A stretch of DNA of 64,000 nucleotides from Felis catus. Lineage: Eukaryota. This document shows, piece after piece, positions 59,970-64,000 of the stretch. The notes under the pieces are model-generated. The model did not search any database. It was not told where the DNA came from and saw only the letters and a list, made by a program, of their open reading frames with translations. Location: contig NC_058368.1 in assembly GCF_018350175.1 (NCBI RefSeq), forward strand, positions 211,050,001 through 211,114,000. Reading direction: 5' to 3'. Position numbers and translations under genes: made by a program. Every line of letters begins with the position of its first letter. The stretch's first letter is position 1.

Positions 59970-60650
59970 GCTGTAGCCCAAAGCTGTTATATGCCCTGGA
60001 GAGAGAGCGATGAAGTTCCTGTCCTCATGGAATTTACAGTCCAGTGAGAGGAAACAGATATCCACATGAAGACACTGGTAAATAAAATCCAGTAAGTTGG
60101 TTGGTGCTTTGGGGACAAATAAAGTGAGGAGGGAGTAGAGTCTGATGAAGCTGCTTTAAATAGGATTATGGGAGTTGTTCTCTCTGAAGTGTTGGCATTG
60201 GAGCTAATACATCAGTGTTAAAGCAACACAAAGATCAGGAGGAAAGAAGACCAGGTAGAGGGAACAGCAAGGGTAGCAGCCCTGAGGTTGGGAAAGATTT
60301 GACACTTTCGGGAAACAGAAAGGAGACCAGTATGGCTGGATCACAGTGACGAAGAGATAGAGCATCGGGCAGGAAAACAGCCCCGAGGGCCGGAGGTCAT
60401 GGGATGGAGTTAGGATTTGGGTGCTTTAAGGAAACCATTGGGAGGTTTTAAGCAGGGGAGTAATGTGTTCTACATGGCACTTTAGAGACCTCTCAGGCTT
60501 CTGTGTGGAGAATGGAGTGTAGACTGGAAGCAGAGGGAGGACAAGGCAGGTACAGGAGGAGGTGACAATGGATCAGCCAAGATGGGAGCAGTAGAAGGAG
60601 GATTGGGTTCAGGAGCAAGTTTGGAGGTAGGGCCAGATGGCGGACCTCGT
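59970..60650 (-). mobile_element. L2 fragment
   Basis: CCTGTCCTCATGGAATTTACAGTCCAGTG; CCAGGTAGAGGGAACAGCAAG; AAACCATTGGGAGGTTTTAAGCAGGGGAGT. Confidence 0.8.
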
Positions 60651-61049
60651 CTTGTCTGACATCATTTTTCCTGCCCTCTCCTGACTCAGGCCACTGGTTT
60701 TGAACCGAAATGGAATAATATCTAATGCTATTTGGAAACGTTAGGGATTTTGACCTCAGCTTATTTAAGCAGAAAAAAATCAAATTCCTGTCCAAGGAGA
60801 AACTTGTTTGTTGCTTTTTACCACATAACCATAAAAATTTCATCTTATCTCATAAGAGTGTTTTGATGGATTCTGTTGTTGTTGATTACTGTGCTTTCCA
60901 TAAGGGCTGGAAATATCACATCACATTGCTAAAGTTTATCTTTTTCTGAGTGTTTTGACACTCTGGCTGCATTTACCGAATCCTTCCTGCCATCAGGCAT
61001 TTATACACGGCTTTTTGCAGTTGGTCAGTTTCTCCATGTAAATGCTGAC

Positions 61050-61290
61050 ATCATAATAGCAAGCATTTAGCAAGCTCTTACTACGTCCAAGGCATTGTTT
61101 CAAGAATTTCACATTTATTCCTCCCAGCCATCCTTTGATTAAGTGCCCTTATGATTATCATTTTATAAATGAAGAAACTGAGGCAGAAATAAAGAGGTTA
61201 AGTCATGTGTCCAAGCTCACACCGCTGGTTAAGTTGCAAAGCCAGGGTCTGCACTGAGGCTGGCTGCATAGCACCAGGTTCTCGGTCACT
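61050..61290 (-). mobile_element. MIR
   Basis: CATTTTATAAATGAAGAAACTGAGGCAG...AGAGGTTAAGTCATGTGTCCAAGCTCAC. Confidence 0.8.
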
Positions 61291-62155
61291 AAGCTGTGCC
61301 GCTTTCCTCCTGTCTCCTTTTCTCTAATTCCTGTATAACTGAAGCTGCTACCTTCAGAGTCAGACTTGTTTCTCCTGCATAAACCCCACAGTACCACTAA
61401 GAGGCGCTTCAACAGGGCAGGGCTCCCGCGAACAGTACTGGAGAGGAAATGCCATAATTCGGAGGCTGGATGATTCAGCCCCTCTCCAGAAGGACCTGTC
61501 TAAACCACCTGCCATCTGACAAGGTGGGAGGGGAACCACGCACCCTTCCGGAGAGCTGGCTGAACAGAGTTGGCAACACCAGAGGACTCTATGAAATGCC
61601 CCCTCTTCTCCTCACCTCCTCTTCTGCCCACTGCTCAGAGTTCCTGTGTTGTGCCCACCTATCTGTCTCTTCTCAAAAGACAGAAGAAATCAAAGTTTCT
61701 CAATATGCTGTGCGACAAATTCTGGTTGCTCTCCAGGGTCATCTGAAGCTGGTCTTTAGAAACTAACGACAACAAAAGGATCATTAATTCATTTGTTACC
61801 ACATTTTTGCTTTAAAAATGTTGTAGATTCTCTCCAGAGTTTCATTATTATATGTGAAATAATCCTGGGGAACATAGTAGTCCATACTGTTTTCTCTACC
61901 TTCCACTGCATATCTGCTTCCAGAAAATTCTCCCAAGTTACTTAGTTTTCCAATAATTAGGGTGAGTGTAACACACCTTCTTCCCTTCGTAATGATAGTA
62001 TCAGCAATGAATTTAACAGAATTGAGGTTTATACAAAGAAATGCATTAAAATTTCTTTAATTCCGTTAAATTCTTTAGCGATGATTGTGGAGGCAATAAC
62101 TGTGATAACTCATCTTCTTTGCTATAAGTTTTAACTTACTAAATATTTCAGTTAA

Positions 62156-62378
62156 GGGGCGCCTGGGTGGCGCAGTCGGTTAAGCGTCCGACTTCAGCCA
62201 GGTCACGATCTCGCGGTCCGTGAGTTCGAGCCCCGCGTCAGGCTCTGGGCTGATGGCTCAGAGCCTGGAGCCTGTTTCCGATTCTGTGTCTCCCTCTCTC
62301 TCTGCCCCTCCCCCGTTCATGCTCTGTCTCTCTCTGTCCCAAAAATAAATAAACGTTGAAAATAAATAATAAAAAAAA
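62156..62378 (+). mobile_element. Young SINEC_Fc
   Basis: Essentially consensus with CpGs intact; TSD AAATATTTCAGTTAA. Confidence 0.97.
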
Positions 62379-64000
62379 TATTTCAGTTAAATAGTTAAAT
62401 AGAATTGCCATAGGGTAATTTTCTATAGAAATTGACACGCATTCATTGGAAGTGTTGAATTTATCTAATCAAATCATCAATCTGTTCGTTTAACTCTTTG
62501 CTTTTCAATAAAACTATTATTTGCGAGTGTTATACAGTATATGTTCAGATATTTCTTACAGTTGTATTAACTTCCAAATTCAAAACTATAAAGGAAAAAG
62601 AGAACTATAGTTATAGTTGCGTTAGACTCTCGTCCTATTTAAGTTAGGAAGATTGCAGTGGAACATCAGTTAATTAAAGAAAGTTTGAAAAACATTTGAA
62701 GTCTTTGAATATCCTCCAAATAGCTCAGGACCCTAGAAATAGCTTAACTTGAAAAAATTCATCTTTGAACCAGTAAGGTAATTTCCTCCTTTTTTGGACA
62801 GTTTTGATGAAATATTCAGCAAAAAGTGAGAGTGAATATTTACCAGATGTGGATGTCTCCTGAAACCAAGTCATTCAAATATCAGAGCAGTGTGATGGCA
62901 GCTGTTCGATCATCAGGGTGACTCTGCCACATTAGTCAGGGTTTGACTAGAAGAGTTTTATGTTTCTTTTAGCCAAGTTTTCTGATTTTACTTTTCAAAG
63001 GACATCACTGAAACCATAACACTATTCAGATCTGTGACTTTTAAAATTGTATTTGTTTCTGTGCGCAGTTTAAAATTCAAGGTACAAAAGACTGTTCGTT
63101 GAAAACTACTTCTCCTCTCTCCTATCTCACAGCCACCCATTGCCCTCATTGGCAATCGCTCTTTCTAGATAATTGTCAAAAATGGGCCAGGCCTGTATGA
63201 AAATGCACTATGAATATGAATGTGGGCTAGACGTCCTTTCTTTTAGTTATTTCATAGCTGTGATGCTGTGACTCTGTGAAGCTAGAGCCCACATTCAGTT
63301 GCTGACTTCCCAGTCCTACTAGCACTGATTCTGGATGGGTACTGGAGCTTCCTGTCTAATCTCAAGTATATTATTCAGTGTGGCTAGTGGAGAATGAACA
63401 GCAGTATTTTGGAAGAAGGGTTCGGGTGACAAGTATGGAGGAGGAAATGAAATTACATGAGAGGCCCATGTATGGGTATTGGTAGGCATGCACTTTCAAT
63501 GGCAATTTCATAAATCATCCAGATGGAGCCGTGAAGTGTCAGGGTGAGAGTCACCCCTCTGTGCCTTATTTTCACATCTCTACAGTCAGAACACCAAAAC
63601 ATACATTCAGCAGCTGCTGGGAGAATAAGACAAGATAAGTGTATGTATAACACTTGGGGCCAAGGAAGTACTCCGCTCATGGGAGTCGTTAGGCAAGAAT
63701 TCATGACTTAGTGGGGAAACCGACAAGTGTACAGTCAGTGAGGCAAAATTCCACGGACATGGACTCGGTGTTGAGTCTGAGCTTAGCATGACTTAATGAG
63801 CCTGTAAGGCCCTCAGGAACCCTTGTGTGTGCCATTGGGTCCAGCCATTTCCCTTCCTTCTTGCACTTCACCAGCAGACCAACGTGCTGCTTCTAGTTGA
63901 CGGCCCTTCTAAAAGAATTTGTCTTCTCCGAATACAAAAGCAGTATATTCCTTCTTTCTGCTGGATCTGCTTCAAAGTTGTGCCACGAGGAAGGATCCAT

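Noticed and set aside
1..64000. CRISPR array, prokaryotic system, NUMT, endogenous viral ORF or processed mRNA pseudogene
   Set aside because: No regularly spaced repeat-spacer array or recognisable homology; dispersed repeats are SINEs. A translated search could still reveal very old relics I cannot see

Overview
Mammalian, almost certainly felid (cat-lineage), genomic DNA; the assignment rests on about 31 tRNA-derived Can-SINEs, six of them near-consensus young SINEC_Fc copies. No credible protein-coding exon was found: the supplied ORFs are SINE, L1, L2, Charlie or simple-repeat read-throughs, or noise. The window is mostly intergenic or intronic and repeat-rich (L1s of several ages, L2, MIR, MaLR/ERVL LTRs, hAT-type DNA transposons). 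A CpG island at ~50.6-51.55 kb looks like a promoter with splice donors on both strands (a putative non-coding first exon on +, an antisense exon on -); the gene cannot be named from sequence alone. The most notable items are three fossils of L1-mediated retrotransposition: a tailless tRNA-Asp(GTC) 5'-half retrocopy with perfect TSDs and a possible pre-tRNA leader (23.2 kb), a U6 snRNA-L1 chimera carrying nearly all of ORF2 (28.9-34.8 kb), and a twin-primed inverted L1 (12.3-12.6 kb). Several template-switch-like palindromes are also present. I see no solid evidence for a wholly new biological system. Repeat family names come from recalled consensus sequences and should be confirmed with RepeatMasker/Dfam; old-repeat boundaries are approximate.
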